A stretch of DNA of 64,000 nt from positions 39,305-103,304 of IMG/VR virus record IMGVR_UViG_3300037455_000100; one strand, 5' to 3'. Of the stretch, positions 1 to 10,565 are shown in pieces (position 1 is the stretch's first letter; each line of letters opens with the position of its first letter). The DNA comes from a virus (lineage: Duplodnaviria > Caudoviricetes). The translations under genes and the position numbers were made by a program. The notes under the pieces are model-generated. The model was not told the DNA's origin, ran no database searches, and saw nothing but the letters and a program-made list of their open reading frames with translations.

Positions 1-458
1 TAGATAATTTAAAGCGATATAAACAGTGTATAAGTATTTATGACTTTACAACAAAATATCAAAGGTCATTGTCAAATATATTTACTGGAAAGTATATACA
101 CAGTGAAATTGATGAATGTGTATATCGCTATTGCACGGATGATTCGTATAGTAACATTGTTTCATTGTATAATAAATATGTAAGAGCTGATTCTACAATA
201 TTGATAAATGACAAAAAAGATTTAAAAGAGTTGTATGAATATTACATAAGTAAGAATTGGCTTAATGTGAGTATGATTGAGTCAATGATGAATGATGATT
301 TTATAAAATACGGTAAATTCTTGCATAGAATTGGTCCAAACAGATATTTAAGGGGCATGTCTGAAATTATTGCTATAAATTATTTTGTATACAAACATAA
401 TATAAAAATAGGCAATATAAATAAGATAAATGCGTATAAAGTATTAAAACGTATATGA
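1..458 (+). CDS. 3' end of a gene starting upstream of the window, possibly rIIA-like
   Basis: Frame is open from position 3 to TGA at 458, so the TTG start at 69 is probably internal. rIIA is inferred only from its position directly before an rIIB-like gene. Confidence 0.45.
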   Translation, partial: DNLKRYKQCISIYDFTTKYQRSLSNIFTGKYIHSEIDECVYRYCTDDSYSNIVSLYNKYVRADSTILINDKKDLKELYEYYISKNWLNVSMIESMMNDDFIKYGKFLHRIGPNRYLRGMSEIIAINYFVYKHNIKIGNINKINAYKVLKRI

Positions 459-459
459 T

Positions 460-1608
460 ATGGTTAAAAATGTTTTTAGACTTGGTAACAGTTTAGTTGT
501 TACTATGGACAACGGAAAAGAATATAGGACAAATAGCTGTAATGATGAATTTTATGAAAAAGTCACGAAAGCAATTAAAAATGGTTGTAATCTTGACGAT
601 ATATTCTTTCCAAGTAATAAAGAAAAACTACAACTAAAAGAGAAAATTGAAAACTCAAGCATAATCACTGTTGAAGGAAATTCTGCATATATACCATCAA
701 TATCAAAATTATCATTACCAAAGATACTAGTTGATAAAATATTAGAAGCAGAAGGTAATAATAAGATAGATGCAGTTACTGCATATAAGAATTTCTGGAC
801 ATTGTTAAGCTTAAATCCAAACTCTAGAGTAAGGGATAATCTGTTTTGGTTTTTGGATAAATGGGGTATGTCTATATGTAAGTCTGGATTATTCGTAGCA
901 TATAGGAATGTGGAGTTAAAAACCGAAGGTCTTGAATATAATAAGGAGTTAACCAGCTATGTAAGTGAAAAATATTACTATGTAAAGAATAACATAAACA
1001 AGAATCCTAGTAATTATTATGTTATAATTGTACCTGATAAAGGATATGATATAACTGATAAAGAAGGTGATAATGATGTTATATATATAGGTAATCTTGA
1101 GGAGCTGTATAAAAATATTGTATATTGTAGTAATGAAGCTGGTACTGTATATACTGACAATTATACTAAAAAGATGATTATTAGACTTGGTCATATTGTG
1201 AATATTCCAAGAAGTAAATGTGATGAGAATGTAGAAACAACGTGTAGTTCTGGATTACATGTTGGTGGTAAAGGATGGTTAAAACATAACTATTGTGGAA
1301 ATATTGGATTAAAAGTTCTTGTAAATCCAGCTGATGTGTGTAGTTGTCCAAAAATGGATAATTATGGTAAGTTGAGAACTTGTGCATATTATCCTATACA
1401 GGTTATAGGATTTGATGATAATGATAACGTAATTGATGATACTATACAAGACGGATTTGAAGTCGATTTTATTAATAAGATACGTTATAAGGGAACTATA
1501 AATAATGAAGATATAGATAATTATGAGTTGAATTTACCAAAAGATGACTCTGAAAACATCTATAAAAATTTAAAAAATATAGCATTATCTATAAACAGAA
1601 GAGTTTAA
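460..1608 (+). CDS. rIIB-like protein
   Basis: C-terminal rIIB-type motifs: PRSKCD...TCSSGLHVG, VLVNPADV, KLRTCAY. Confidence 0.8.
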   Translation: MVKNVFRLGNSLVVTMDNGKEYRTNSCNDEFYEKVTKAIKNGCNLDDIFFPSNKEKLQLKEKIENSSIITVEGNSAYIPSISKLSLPKILVDKILEAEGNNKIDAVTAYKNFWTLLSLNPNSRVRDNLFWFLDKWGMSICKSGLFVAYRNVELKTEGLEYNKELTSYVSEKYYYVKNNINKNPSNYYVIIVPDKGYDITDKEGDNDVIYIGNLEELYKNIVYCSNEAGTVYTDNYTKKMIIRLGHIVNIPRSKCDENVETTCSSGLHVGGKGWLKHNYCGNIGLKVLVNPADVCSCPKMDNYGKLRTCAYYPIQVIGFDDNDNVIDDTIQDGFEVDFINKIRYKGTINNEDIDNYELNLPKDDSENIYKNLKNIALSINRRV

Positions 1609-2258
1609 TGGCTAGTTTGATTGAGAAGTTAGGAAAATGGTATGATTTTTTTGATAAAGAAGATTTTAACTATTTGCTTGACAGGTTAAGAATGGAATAT
1701 AAAGGTTATGTAAATATATTACCAGATTCACACGTTATATTTAAAGCATTTGAACTGTGTAATCCAGATGAATGTGATGTGGTTATGCTTGGACAAGACC
1801 CATATTTCCAAAAAGGAGTTTCCACTGGTATAGCATTTGGCAATAAGGCTGGAACTTTAAAAGCTAATTATTCACCTTCTTTATCAAAATTACTCGAACC
1901 TTACGAAATTGACGATTCATTTGACTGCACTCTTGAAAGTTGGTGTAAACAAGGAGTACTCATGCTTAATAGTTCATTGACTGTAATGGAGAACAGTCCT
2001 AACTCACACAGTTTTATATGGAGATATTTTATGACAAGATTTTTAATAGAATATTCAACATATAAAAAGGATATTATATATGTACTGTTTGGCACTAAAG
2101 CACAAAACTTTAAGTGGTATATAAAGAATAGTGCAAATATAATAGAATGTAATCATCCATCTTATATGTCAAGAAGTAACATACCAATGCCTAATATATA
2201 CAAAGAAATTAATATCAATTTATTAAATCAAGGTAAAAACATAATTAGATGGGTATAA
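1608..2258 (+). CDS. ung: Family 1 uracil-DNA glycosylase
   Basis: GQDPY, SPSL, QGVLMLNSSLTV and HPS motifs. Confidence 0.95.
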   Translation: MASLIEKLGKWYDFFDKEDFNYLLDRLRMEYKGYVNILPDSHVIFKAFELCNPDECDVVMLGQDPYFQKGVSTGIAFGNKAGTLKANYSPSLSKLLEPYEIDDSFDCTLESWCKQGVLMLNSSLTVMENSPNSHSFIWRYFMTRFLIEYSTYKKDIIYVLFGTKAQNFKWYIKNSANIIECNHPSYMSRSNIPMPNIYKEININLLNQGKNIIRWV

Positions 2259-2259
2259 T

Positions 2260-2718
2260 ATGCCAGAGATAAAAAATGCTACACCAACTTGGTATAATGG
2301 AGTTAAGTATCGTAGCAAACTAGAGGCTAACTGTGCAGAGATTCTTGATAAAGCTGGTATAGAGTTTAAATACGAATCATTAAAGTTTGAACTCTTACCA
2401 GCTTTTGTTTATATGGGTAAGAAATATCAACCTTGGACTTATAAGACAGACTTTATAATATTTAATAATATTATACTAGAAGTCAAAGGTTTTAAAAAGG
2501 CTGATAATTATACTAATAAACGTAAAATGATTATGAAGCATATATTAGATAATCATCTACCGTATGCTTTTTATGAAATATATTCAGAATCTCATCTTAA
2601 AAACATACTTAACAAATATGCTAAATTAAATTCATTTCATGATGCTTATATTGAATGTGACAATGAATTAAAAGCTAAAAAGAAAGCTAGAAAAAATAAA
2701 AAGAAATTAAAGAAATGA
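2260..2718 (+). CDS. PD-(D/E)XK endonuclease (T7 endonuclease I / DUF1064-like)
   Basis: YRSKLE ... Y.TDF ... ILEVKG pattern. Confidence 0.75.
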   Translation: MPEIKNATPTWYNGVKYRSKLEANCAEILDKAGIEFKYESLKFELLPAFVYMGKKYQPWTYKTDFIIFNNIILEVKGFKKADNYTNKRKMIMKHILDNHLPYAFYEIYSESHLKNILNKYAKLNSFHDAYIECDNELKAKKKARKNKKKLKK

Positions 2719-2891
2719 GTAAAAAGGATAATCTAATAGCGTTTAAAAATGACTTGCTGTCACGTAGATGTGAAGAAGTGCATTTAATATGGAGTAATGG
2801 ACAGAAAGCTGGTATAGGTAATCCTAAAGCAATAGACATTATTATTAAAGCATTACTTGAAGAAATTGATAAACAAATAAATGAGTTATGA
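2715..2891 (+). CDS. Small hypothetical protein (58 aa, MSKKDNLIAF...)
   Basis: Not in the ORF track. ATGA overlaps with both neighbours suggest translational coupling. Confidence 0.65.
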   Translation: MSKKDNLIAFKNDLLSRRCEEVHLIWSNGQKAGIGNPKAIDIIIKALLEEIDKQINEL

Positions 2892-3934
2892 AATCTTTAT
2901 ATGATATTTCATGGAAAATCTCAGAAAAAGAGTATCGTGAAGATAAGGCTTTATCACAATCTACTTTAGGTAGGTTTGACAGAGAAGGGTTTTCCAAACT
3001 TGCTAATATACACGATACGATAGAATCCCCTAGTCTTACTTTTGGGAAGATTGTAGATACTCTTATAACTGGTTCGCAAGAAGAGTTTGAGAATACATTT
3101 GTAGTATCCAACAAAATACTTGACGAAGAGACTGCTGATATAGTTAAAACTATATATGATAATTATAAGGATATGTATAAAAACTTTATACAGATTCCTA
3201 TAACACAAGTATCACAGACAGCTAAACAATGTGGATTCTGGCCAGCAGATAAATGGTCTGATAACGCTAGATATAATGGTCTGTTAAAGAAAGGTGATAT
3301 TGAAAGATATTATCAACTTCTCAGACAGAGTGAAGATAAAATTGTAATAGATAACGAGACTCTTACTGACGCTTTAAAGTGTGTATCCATTCTTAGGATA
3401 TCGGAAGCTACTAGATTCTATTTTGCTGAAGATACTGAGAGTGTAAAAAGATTTTATCAACTTAAATTTAAAGCAGTACTTAAAGGTATAGAGTATAAAG
3501 GTATGCTAGACAATTGTTTAGTAGATTATACAAATAAGAAGATTTATCCTATAGACCTCAAAACATCAAGTACTCCAGAGTATGAGTTTTATAAATCATT
3601 CGTTAAATATGGTTATTCTCACCAAGCAAGATTGTATTATAGACTACTTGGGAATGCCATAAAAGATGATGAATATTTTAAAGATTTTGAGATAGAAGAT
3701 TTTACATTTGTAGTTGTTAATAGATATACTCTTACACCTCTTACATGGAGATTCAGTGATACTAAAACTCTTGGTACTTTAGAGTATGGTACTACTAAAC
3801 AAATTGTATTTAAAGACCCATACGAACTAGGTAGTGAGTTGAGTTATTATCTTACACATGAAGAGTGCAAAGTTCCAATTGGTATAAATTACAATAAAAC
3901 AAACTCTTTGGTAGAATATTTAAATAAAATGTAA
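2888..3934 (+). CDS. PD-(D/E)XK exonuclease (RecE/ExoVIII-like)
   Basis: LSQS, FG...D, KGMLD, IDLKTS and YxxQARLY motifs. Confidence 0.8.
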   Translation: MKSLYDISWKISEKEYREDKALSQSTLGRFDREGFSKLANIHDTIESPSLTFGKIVDTLITGSQEEFENTFVVSNKILDEETADIVKTIYDNYKDMYKNFIQIPITQVSQTAKQCGFWPADKWSDNARYNGLLKKGDIERYYQLLRQSEDKIVIDNETLTDALKCVSILRISEATRFYFAEDTESVKRFYQLKFKAVLKGIEYKGMLDNCLVDYTNKKIYPIDLKTSSTPEYEFYKSFVKYGYSHQARLYYRLLGNAIKDDEYFKDFEIEDFTFVVVNRYTLTPLTWRFSDTKTLGTLEYGTTKQIVFKDPYELGSELSYYLTHEECKVPIGINYNKTNSLVEYLNKM

Positions 3935-3965
3935 AATTTAACTTTTCTAAATAAACTATTAATTG

Positions 3966-3975
3966 TAACTTTGCA
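3966..3975 (+). promoter_or_regulatory. Bacteroidetes -7 promoter element upstream of nrdD
   Basis: TAACTTTGCA matches TAnnTTTG, 25 nt before the ATG. Confidence 0.7.
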
Positions 3976-3999
3976 TCCTTAACTAAAATCTTAAAATAT

Positions 4000-6198
4000 A
4001 TGCAAGTTATTAAACGTGACGGTACTACTGTGCCTTATGATAGTAACAAAATTACTAAGGCTATAAAATCTGCATTTAAAGTTACTAATGAGGAATATAA
4101 TTCTAAAGATTTAGAATTATTTGTTGACACTATTCCAGCATCTGTTCAGATTGCTAATGATGGAGAGATTAATGTCGAAACTATACAAAATATGGTTGAG
4201 AACTGGCTTATGATGAATAGATATTATAAGACAGCTAAAGCTTATATTTTGTATCGTGATGAACATAAGAACATTAGGTTTATTAAAGAACGTATTGATT
4301 ATATTCAAAGTTATGTAAGTAGTAATGCTAATGCAGCAAGCTCTTCTGAAACAGATGATAATGCTAATGTACTACTGAAGAATGTAGCTAATCTTAATGG
4401 TGAAGTTTATAAGAGTATTAACAGGCAAATTCAACGTCGTAGAATGAAACAGAAGCTTGCTGAAATGTATAGTAATAAGCTTAGCAATCAGTATCTACAT
4501 GACCTTGAGAGTCATATAATTTATGCTCATGATGAAAGTTCGTTTCCTGTTGTAATGCCTTATTGTAGTGCTTATAGTTTATATCCTTTGCTTATTGAGG
4601 GTGTTGGTAATATTGATGGAGTAACTCCTAACGCTCCTAAAAAGCTTGATAGTTTTTGTGGTCAGTTTGTAAATCTTGTATTTTTGTTAGCTTCACAAGT
4701 TAAAGGTGCTGTTGCTTTTGGAGGACTATTTGTTGCTTTTAATTATTACTGTGTTAAAGAATGGGGCAATGATTATTATAAGAAACATAACTACAATGTG
4801 TTCACTTCTATCAATAAAACTCAAAGAACTGTAGAGAATCAAATAGTACAATATTTTCAACAAATTATTTGGGGAATTAACCAACCTGCTGGCAACCGTA
4901 GCAGTCAAAGTCCTTTCACTAACGTAAGTTATTATGATAAGAATTATTATACTGCTGTGTTTGAAGATTTTGCTTATCCAGATACTACTAAACCTACTTG
5001 GGAACAAATAGATTATCTTCAAAGATTGTTTATGAGAACTCTTAACAAAGAAAGACTTACTTCAGTAATAGCATTCCCTGTTGAAACAATGTGTTTATTA
5101 TCAGATGGTAAAGAAGATATTCTTGACAAGGATTATAAAGAATTTACTGCACAGATGTATGCAGAGGGTCATAGCTTCTTTACTTATATTAGTGATAGTC
5201 CTTCTTCGTTAAGTAGTTGTTGTAGGTTGAAATCTGAAATTACTGAAAATATATTCAGCTTTACTAACGGTTTAAGTGGTCTCAAGACTGGTAGTTGTAA
5301 TGTAATTACTCTTAATTTAAATAGAATTATCCAAAACTATTTTAGAAAAAATATGTCTAATATCGAAGATATACAAGAACTTTGGAATAATTCTCCAGAT
5401 GAATACAAACATAAGATGAGAGAAGGTCTTCAAGAGTATCTTATTGAAATTCTAAAACGAATCTATAAATATCATACAGCATATAAAACAATGCTTTATG
5501 AACTTGAGGAGAAAGGTATGCTTAACGCTAGTAATGCTGGTTATATTAGAATTAAAGATTTATATTCTACTATAGGTCTAAATGGTATCAATGAAGCAGC
5601 AATATTCTTAGGTCTTGAAGTGTCTTATAACAAAGAGTATATTGAGTTTTGTAAGTTAATTACTTCTACAATTAAAAAACAGAATAAACTCCACACTACT
5701 ACAAAATTTAAGTTCAATCAAGAATTTGTACCAGCAGAATCATTAGGTATCAAGAATTTTAATTGGGATAAAGAAGATGGTTATATAGTTCCTGATGATG
5801 GTAGAGTTCTTTATAACAGTTACTTCTATGATGCTCACGATGACACTAGCATATTCGATAAGATAAAACTTCACGGTAAAGAAATGACCGAAACACTTGA
5901 TGGCGGTGTAGGTTGTCATCTAAATCTTGATGAACATCTTAGTAAAGAGCAATACTTGAAAATTATTGATTATGTTGTTAAAGTAGGGTGTACATATTTT
6001 ACATTTAACATTCCTAATACAAAATGTGATGATTGTGGTTTTATTACAAAACATAATATAGACAAGTGTCCTAAATGTAGTAGTGAAAACCTTACTAAAT
6101 ACACACGTATTATTGGCTATCTCAGACCTACTAAAGCCTTTAGTAAAGGTAGACAAATTGAAGAGAAACAAAGAACTTATAGTAATGAAATTATTTAG
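4000..6198 (+). CDS. nrdD: Class III anaerobic ribonucleotide reductase with ATP cone
   Basis: N-terminal VIKRDG ATP cone, SCCRL active site, CxxC...CxxC zinc site, RIIGYL glycyl-radical loop. Confidence 0.95.
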   Translation: MQVIKRDGTTVPYDSNKITKAIKSAFKVTNEEYNSKDLELFVDTIPASVQIANDGEINVETIQNMVENWLMMNRYYKTAKAYILYRDEHKNIRFIKERIDYIQSYVSSNANAASSSETDDNANVLLKNVANLNGEVYKSINRQIQRRRMKQKLAEMYSNKLSNQYLHDLESHIIYAHDESSFPVVMPYCSAYSLYPLLIEGVGNIDGVTPNAPKKLDSFCGQFVNLVFLLASQVKGAVAFGGLFVAFNYYCVKEWGNDYYKKHNYNVFTSINKTQRTVENQIVQYFQQIIWGINQPAGNRSSQSPFTNVSYYDKNYYTAVFEDFAYPDTTKPTWEQIDYLQRLFMRTLNKERLTSVIAFPVETMCLLSDGKEDILDKDYKEFTAQMYAEGHSFFTYISDSPSSLSSCCRLKSEITENIFSFTNGLSGLKTGSCNVITLNLNRIIQNYFRKNMSNIEDIQELWNNSPDEYKHKMREGLQEYLIEILKRIYKYHTAYKTMLYELEEKGMLNASNAGYIRIKDLYSTIGLNGINEAAIFLGLEVSYNKEYIEFCKLITSTIKKQNKLHTTTKFKFNQEFVPAESLGIKNFNWDKEDGYIVPDDGRVLYNSYFYDAHDDTSIFDKIKLHGKEMTETLDGGVGCHLNLDEHLSKEQYLKIIDYVVKVGCTYFTFNIPNTKCDDCGFITKHNIDKCPKCSSENLTKYTRIIGYLRPTKAFSKGRQIEEKQRTYSNEII

Positions 6199-6628
6199 CA
6201 ATCAAATAACATTTAGTGAAGTGCCTGGATTAGTTTCCAGATGCTTTGCTATATCTAATTGCGGAGGAAATTGCCCATCTTGTCACAGTCCTGAATTAAG
6301 AGAAAATATTGGTGAAGAATTTACTGATGAAATGCTTTATAACTTTATAGCGCATGATTATGATAATATAGATTGTTATGTATTTCTTGGTGATGGGCAA
6401 GACCCTAAAAGAATGATTGAACTTCTTAAAATATGTAAGCAACGTAAATTCAAAACGTGTCTTTATGTAGGTAAAGATGCAACAAACTGGGAATATTTAC
6501 GTTATCTAGATTATCTAAAACTTGGTAGTTATATTAATGCTTTAGGTGGTTTAGACAGTAAAATGACCAATCAAAGAATGTATAAAATAGAAAATATTAC
6601 AAATCAATTTCAAAATAAAAATATATGA
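6185..6628 (+). CDS. nrdG: Anaerobic RNR activase (radical SAM)
   Basis: CGGNCPSCHS (CxxxCxxC), DYLKLGSY, TNQRMY. The ATG at 6185 overlapping the nrdD end is preferred over the track start at 6083. Confidence 0.9.
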   Translation: MKLFSNQITFSEVPGLVSRCFAISNCGGNCPSCHSPELRENIGEEFTDEMLYNFIAHDYDNIDCYVFLGDGQDPKRMIELLKICKQRKFKTCLYVGKDATNWEYLRYLDYLKLGSYINALGGLDSKMTNQRMYKIENITNQFQNKNI

Positions 6629-7014
6629 AAATTAAAATTAATGGTAAAGAAGTAGAAGCATCTGAGATTACTTTACAAGATGCAATTGAAAGTGTTTTTG
6701 GTAAACAGTTTGAAGATATTCCTGATATTCATGACAGTCCGTTTGAATATCTTGCATTAAAAGGTTTAAACCTTACTATTACAAAATGTGATACAAAAGA
6801 GAAAGTCAATGATTTGTCAAAGAAGCTTAAAGAAAGACTTGTGTGGATTAATAAGCATAAGACTGGATATAAGTATAATGAGGTAGTAGATTTCTTAAAA
6901 GGTAACGCTGAAGAAATCACTAATGGTATTGAAGCTTTAAGCAATGCAGTTGATGCTTATAAGCTTGTATTGGGATATATTAATAGTGTAATTGAGACAA
7001 CGAAGAAGAAATGA
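6625..7014 (+). CDS. Hypothetical protein
   Basis: 129 aa ORF coupled to both neighbours. Confidence 0.7.
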   Translation: MKIKINGKEVEASEITLQDAIESVFGKQFEDIPDIHDSPFEYLALKGLNLTITKCDTKEKVNDLSKKLKERLVWINKHKTGYKYNEVVDFLKGNAEEITNGIEALSNAVDAYKLVLGYINSVIETTKKK

Positions 7015-7526
7015 AAATAAAGATTAAGCTTTTTGATGGTCAGGTAATGCCTGAAATTAATAAAAATGGTGATTGGATTGACTTGATGGCAAATAAAGAT
7101 ATTAAACTAAAATCACCATTTGCCAATACTTTAAATGGTAAGAGAGACAGAAGAAATGTTGAGTTCGATAACGAACTGATTCCACTTGGAATAGCTATGG
7201 AACTCCCGAAAGGATTTGAAGCAATCGTACTGCCTAGAAGTAGTACTTATAACAAGGTTTCAGTCTGCTTAGCCAACTCCCAAGGAATTATAGATAATAA
7301 ATTTAGGGGAGATAATGACCAATGGTTCTTCAACGCTATAGCATTTAAAGATACTACCATCTACAAAGGTAATAGAATTTGCCAGTTTAGAATACAACTA
7401 AGTCAGTTTGCAACAGTTTGGCAAAAGATTAAATGGTTGTTTTGGAACGGTAAGATTAAATTTGTAAAAGTAGATTCATTAAGTAATCCTGACAGAGGTG
7501 GACATGGAAGTACTGGATTAAATTGA
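7011..7526 (+). CDS. dut: Trimeric dUTPase
   Basis: IDL, PRSS, GIID, RICQ and RGGHGSTG motifs. Confidence 0.95.
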   Translation: MKIKIKLFDGQVMPEINKNGDWIDLMANKDIKLKSPFANTLNGKRDRRNVEFDNELIPLGIAMELPKGFEAIVLPRSSTYNKVSVCLANSQGIIDNKFRGDNDQWFFNAIAFKDTTIYKGNRICQFRIQLSQFATVWQKIKWLFWNGKIKFVKVDSLSNPDRGGHGSTGLN

Positions 7527-7557
7527 TTTGTGTTTCATATTGTACTTTATTTTACTA

Positions 7558-7589
7558 GGGACATTGTTGTGAAACGGTGTCCCATTTTT
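7558..7589 (+). terminator. Intrinsic terminator after dut
   Basis: GGGACATTGT-TGTGAA-ACGGTGTCCC followed by ATTTTT. Confidence 0.75.
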
Positions 7590-7614
7590 AACTAACATTG
7601 CTAATTTAAACTAT

Positions 7615-8061
7615 ATGGAGAAAGTAATTACTGAATTAAAACGAACCGCTGCCAATATACCTTATATAACAGTAAAACATAATAATGTTGAATTTAACTT
7701 TATTGTAGATAGTGGATGTACTATATCATGTATTGATGAAAATGTGTTAGATTTATTAGTACATACAGATACAGGAGAATTATCTGATGGAGTATTATTT
7801 GCTAACGGTGAAGGTACTAAAACTAATAAAATAATAAAATTATCTTTTAAATTAAACGATAAAGAATTTACTGAGACATTTAATGCATTAGATTTTTATA
7901 GTATGACCAAACAAGTTAAAGATAATTTTGGTATTACTGTTAGAGGATTACTTGGTAGTGAATTTTTATATAAAAATAAACTTATATTAGATTTTGATGA
8001 ATCTATTATCAAATATAGAGACAATAACCAATTAGAGTTGAATTTAAATGAACAGTCATGA
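7615..8061 (+). CDS. Retropepsin-like aspartic protease
   Basis: FIVDSGCTIS catalytic D-S-G, flap-like ANG, and GLLGSEFL motif. Confidence 0.8.
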   Translation: MEKVITELKRTAANIPYITVKHNNVEFNFIVDSGCTISCIDENVLDLLVHTDTGELSDGVLFANGEGTKTNKIIKLSFKLNDKEFTETFNALDFYSMTKQVKDNFGITVRGLLGSEFLYKNKLILDFDESIIKYRDNNQLELNLNEQS

Positions 8062-9263
8062 TTTACTTGGTATCATTACAACAAAGAATACATTCAGATG
8101 AGATAACTTTAATATCTGTAGAAGAATCTTTAAAACTTTTAAGTTCTTTAACCGTAGTAGGATTAGATACTGAAACTAGAGGAATGGACCCTTATACTAA
8201 AGAGTTATTATCTGTGCAACTTGGCTGTAATGATTTCCAAGTAGTCATAGATTGTTCTTCAATAGATATAAAATTTTATAAAGAATATTTAGAATCCGAT
8301 AGACTTTTTATAGGGTGGAATTTAAAATTTGACTTAAAGTTTTTATTTCATAAAAACATTTATCCCAAGAAAGTATATGATGGGTATCTAGCTGAGAAAC
8401 TAATGTGGTTAGGCTATCCAGCTGGTATGCACAGTATGTCTTTGAAATCTGCTGGTGTACAATATTTAGACATTGAATTAGATAAATCTGTACGCGGTAA
8501 AATACAGTGGGCAGGATTAACAGATGATGTTATTATATATGCAGCATACGATGTAAAATATTTGGATGATATACGTCTTAAACAATTAGACTTACTTAAA
8601 GAGAAGGATTTATTAAGAGCAATAGACTGTGAGAATCAGTTTATACTTCCTTTATCTTATTGTGAATATTGTGGTGTTAGATTGGATGTAGACAAATGGA
8701 AAGTTAAAATGCATAAAGATGAAGAAAGAGTTAGTAAAGCCTTAGTTAAGCTTAATGAATGGTTTCTTAAAAATGAGCCAAACTCTTCTTATATAGTAGT
8801 AGACAGACAAGGTGATTTATTCAGTGGGTTTGATTTAACACCTAAAGTAACTATAAATTGGAACAGTGCTAAACAACTTATACCTATTTTTAAAAAGTAT
8901 GGGATAGATGTTACTGTAGAAGATAGAGATAAAGGAGGAACTAAAGACAGTATTGATGCTAAACAATTAGGACCACAAAAAGATAAGTGTGACTTGATAC
9001 CTATATATTTAGACTATAAAGAAGCTGTTAAAGTTACCTCAACTTATGGTAAAAACTTTCTAGACCAAATTAATGTTGACGGTAGAATCCATACAAACTA
9101 TAATCAATTAGGAGCTGATACTACAAGAATAACTTCTGGAGGTAAAGATAAAAGCAATAATATTGATTATGTAAATCTTTTGAATTTACCAGCAGATGCC
9201 GAGACTAGAGCCTGTTTTGTAGCCGAAGAAGGTAATAAATGGATAAGTATTGATTATTCGGGT
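8058..9263 (+). CDS. polA: DNA polymerase family A, exon 1 (3'-5' exonuclease and start of polymerase domain)
   Basis: Exo motifs DTET, NLKFD and YAAYD; TTRITS; ends in motif A DYSG at a U before an in-frame TAG. Confidence 0.92.
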
Positions 9264-9309
9264 TAGCAAATAAATCGCTTATAAATTTGTGTATATGGAT
9301 TATTTTTCT

Positions 9310-9319
9310 TATATTTGCA
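9310..9319 (+). promoter_or_regulatory. Intron-internal promoter for the LAGLIDADG gene
   Basis: TATATTTGCA with TTTG about 25 nt upstream, followed by hairpin CACATTAT-TTA-ATAATGTG (9318-9336) just before the ATG. Confidence 0.7.
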
Positions 9320-9341
9320 CATTATTTAATAATGTGAATAT

Positions 9342-10163
9342 ATGAAAAAATTTAGCAAAGAAACTGAATTAGAAATAGTTAGCCTTTATAATAGAGGCTA
9401 TACTCAAAAGGAAATTGCAGATAAATTGGGAACATTTAATACTTCTATTAGAAGAGTTTTATTACGTTATAATGTATTTTTAAAGGGCAATGACAAACAG
9501 CAGAGATTGTGTAAGCATAATCCTTTTAAAAATAATGATGAATATTCTGAATACTATTTAGGATTACTCTTGACTGATGGCAATATAGACTATAAGAGTA
9601 AAAGAAATAGAATCAGATTATCACTTAACGAAATAGACGGTTATTTAGTAGAAGAGTTTTTAAATTGGTCTGCTCCTGAAGCAAAAGTTACTAAGACTTT
9701 ACAAAAGATAAACAATTCTTATATGTGGAGTGCTGCTATAACTAATAGAGAAGCTTTAGAATGGCTTGAAAGAAAAGCAAGTTTTCATAATAAAAGCTTC
9801 GATGCTAAATTATATACTCCTATAACATACAACATATTAAGAGGAATAATAGATGGTGATGGGGGATTCTACCCTCAAAACAAAAATGCTATTAAAATCT
9901 CTATTTGCGGTAAGTCCTTAGTATTTCTAAAACAAATTCAATTCTTTTTAAACAAAGAAGGCTATCACTCCAGTTTATTTGAGCATAATAATTTATATTA
10001 TATTCAAATAATGAGGGTGGAAGATGTTTTAAAATTAGGCACAAATTTATATGAAAATGCCCATATTTTCTGTAAAAGAAAGTATGAAAAATGGCTCGCC
10101 TTCTATGAAAGTAGAAGGGCAAACACCTTAAATTCAGGGAAAAAGATGGCAATTCAACCCTGA
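9342..10163 (+). CDS. Intron-encoded double-motif LAGLIDADG homing endonuclease with N-terminal HTH
   Basis: YYLGLLLTDGNI and ILRGIIDGDGGF motifs; TQKEIADKLG HTH. Confidence 0.9.
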   Translation: MKKFSKETELEIVSLYNRGYTQKEIADKLGTFNTSIRRVLLRYNVFLKGNDKQQRLCKHNPFKNNDEYSEYYLGLLLTDGNIDYKSKRNRIRLSLNEIDGYLVEEFLNWSAPEAKVTKTLQKINNSYMWSAAITNREALEWLERKASFHNKSFDAKLYTPITYNILRGIIDGDGGFYPQNKNAIKISICGKSLVFLKQIQFFLNKEGYHSSLFEHNNLYYIQIMRVEDVLKLGTNLYENAHIFCKRKYEKWLAFYESRRANTLNSGKKMAIQP

Positions 10164-10285
10164 GCGAAACCTACTCACCTTATGGTAATAATTAAAGAAG
10201 TAGGGACGTGCAGAGACTATAATAGGTGCACCTAAACATATTTATTATGCATGGTGAAGGGATAGTCCAACCTACGATTTGGTTG

Positions 10286-10472
10286 CAGGAAACGTACCTT
10301 ATGGCTTCTATAGCTAATGACGAGGCTATTATAGATGAGTTAACAAATGGTAGTGGGGATATTCACAGTCTTACTGCATATATGTCTTATAAAGAAATTC
10401 CTAGGAATACTCCTATTAAGGAGATTAAGAAGAAGTTTCATAATCTTAGACAAGAGGCTAAAGGTATAGAGT
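10286..10472 (+). CDS. polA: DNA polymerase family A, exon 2
   Basis: QETYLMA...GDIHSLTA...RQEAKGIE plus the first base of the Phe codon. Confidence 0.9.
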
Positions 10473-10537
10473 AAACATAAATAGTAAGTTTTGATTATTA
10501 TTATATTTAACTATTTGTCTATTTTAAAAATTAATTG

Positions 10538-10547
10538 TATATTTGCA
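10538..10547 (+). promoter_or_regulatory. Intron-internal promoter for the GIY-YIG gene
   Basis: TATATTTGCA with upstream TTTG. Confidence 0.7.
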
Positions 10548-10565
10548 AAATAAAATTTACAAGCT

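Larger units (their letters stand above)
9264..10285 (+). mobile_element. Group I intron 1 in polA motif A
   Basis: Removal joins DYSG|QETYLMA. 5' exon ends in U, intron ends in G. IGS GCTCG (10094-10098) pairs with exon CGGGT. Core elements: P AAATTCAGGGAA, Q AACCCTGAGC, R CAGAGACTA, S GATAGTCC. Confidence 0.92.

Noticed and set aside
2888-3934. Cas4 / CRISPR association
   Set aside because: No four-Cys Fe-S pattern and no repeat-spacer array seen in the window.
4000-6198. Intein or intron in nrdD
   Set aside because: Length and motif spacing are normal; no intein termini seen.
9264-9266. In-frame TAG in polA as evidence of stop-codon reassignment (known in some crAss-like phages)
   Set aside because: Explained by the intron boundary. 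Multi-kb ORFs are intact in code 11, and TAG/TGA end normal genes.
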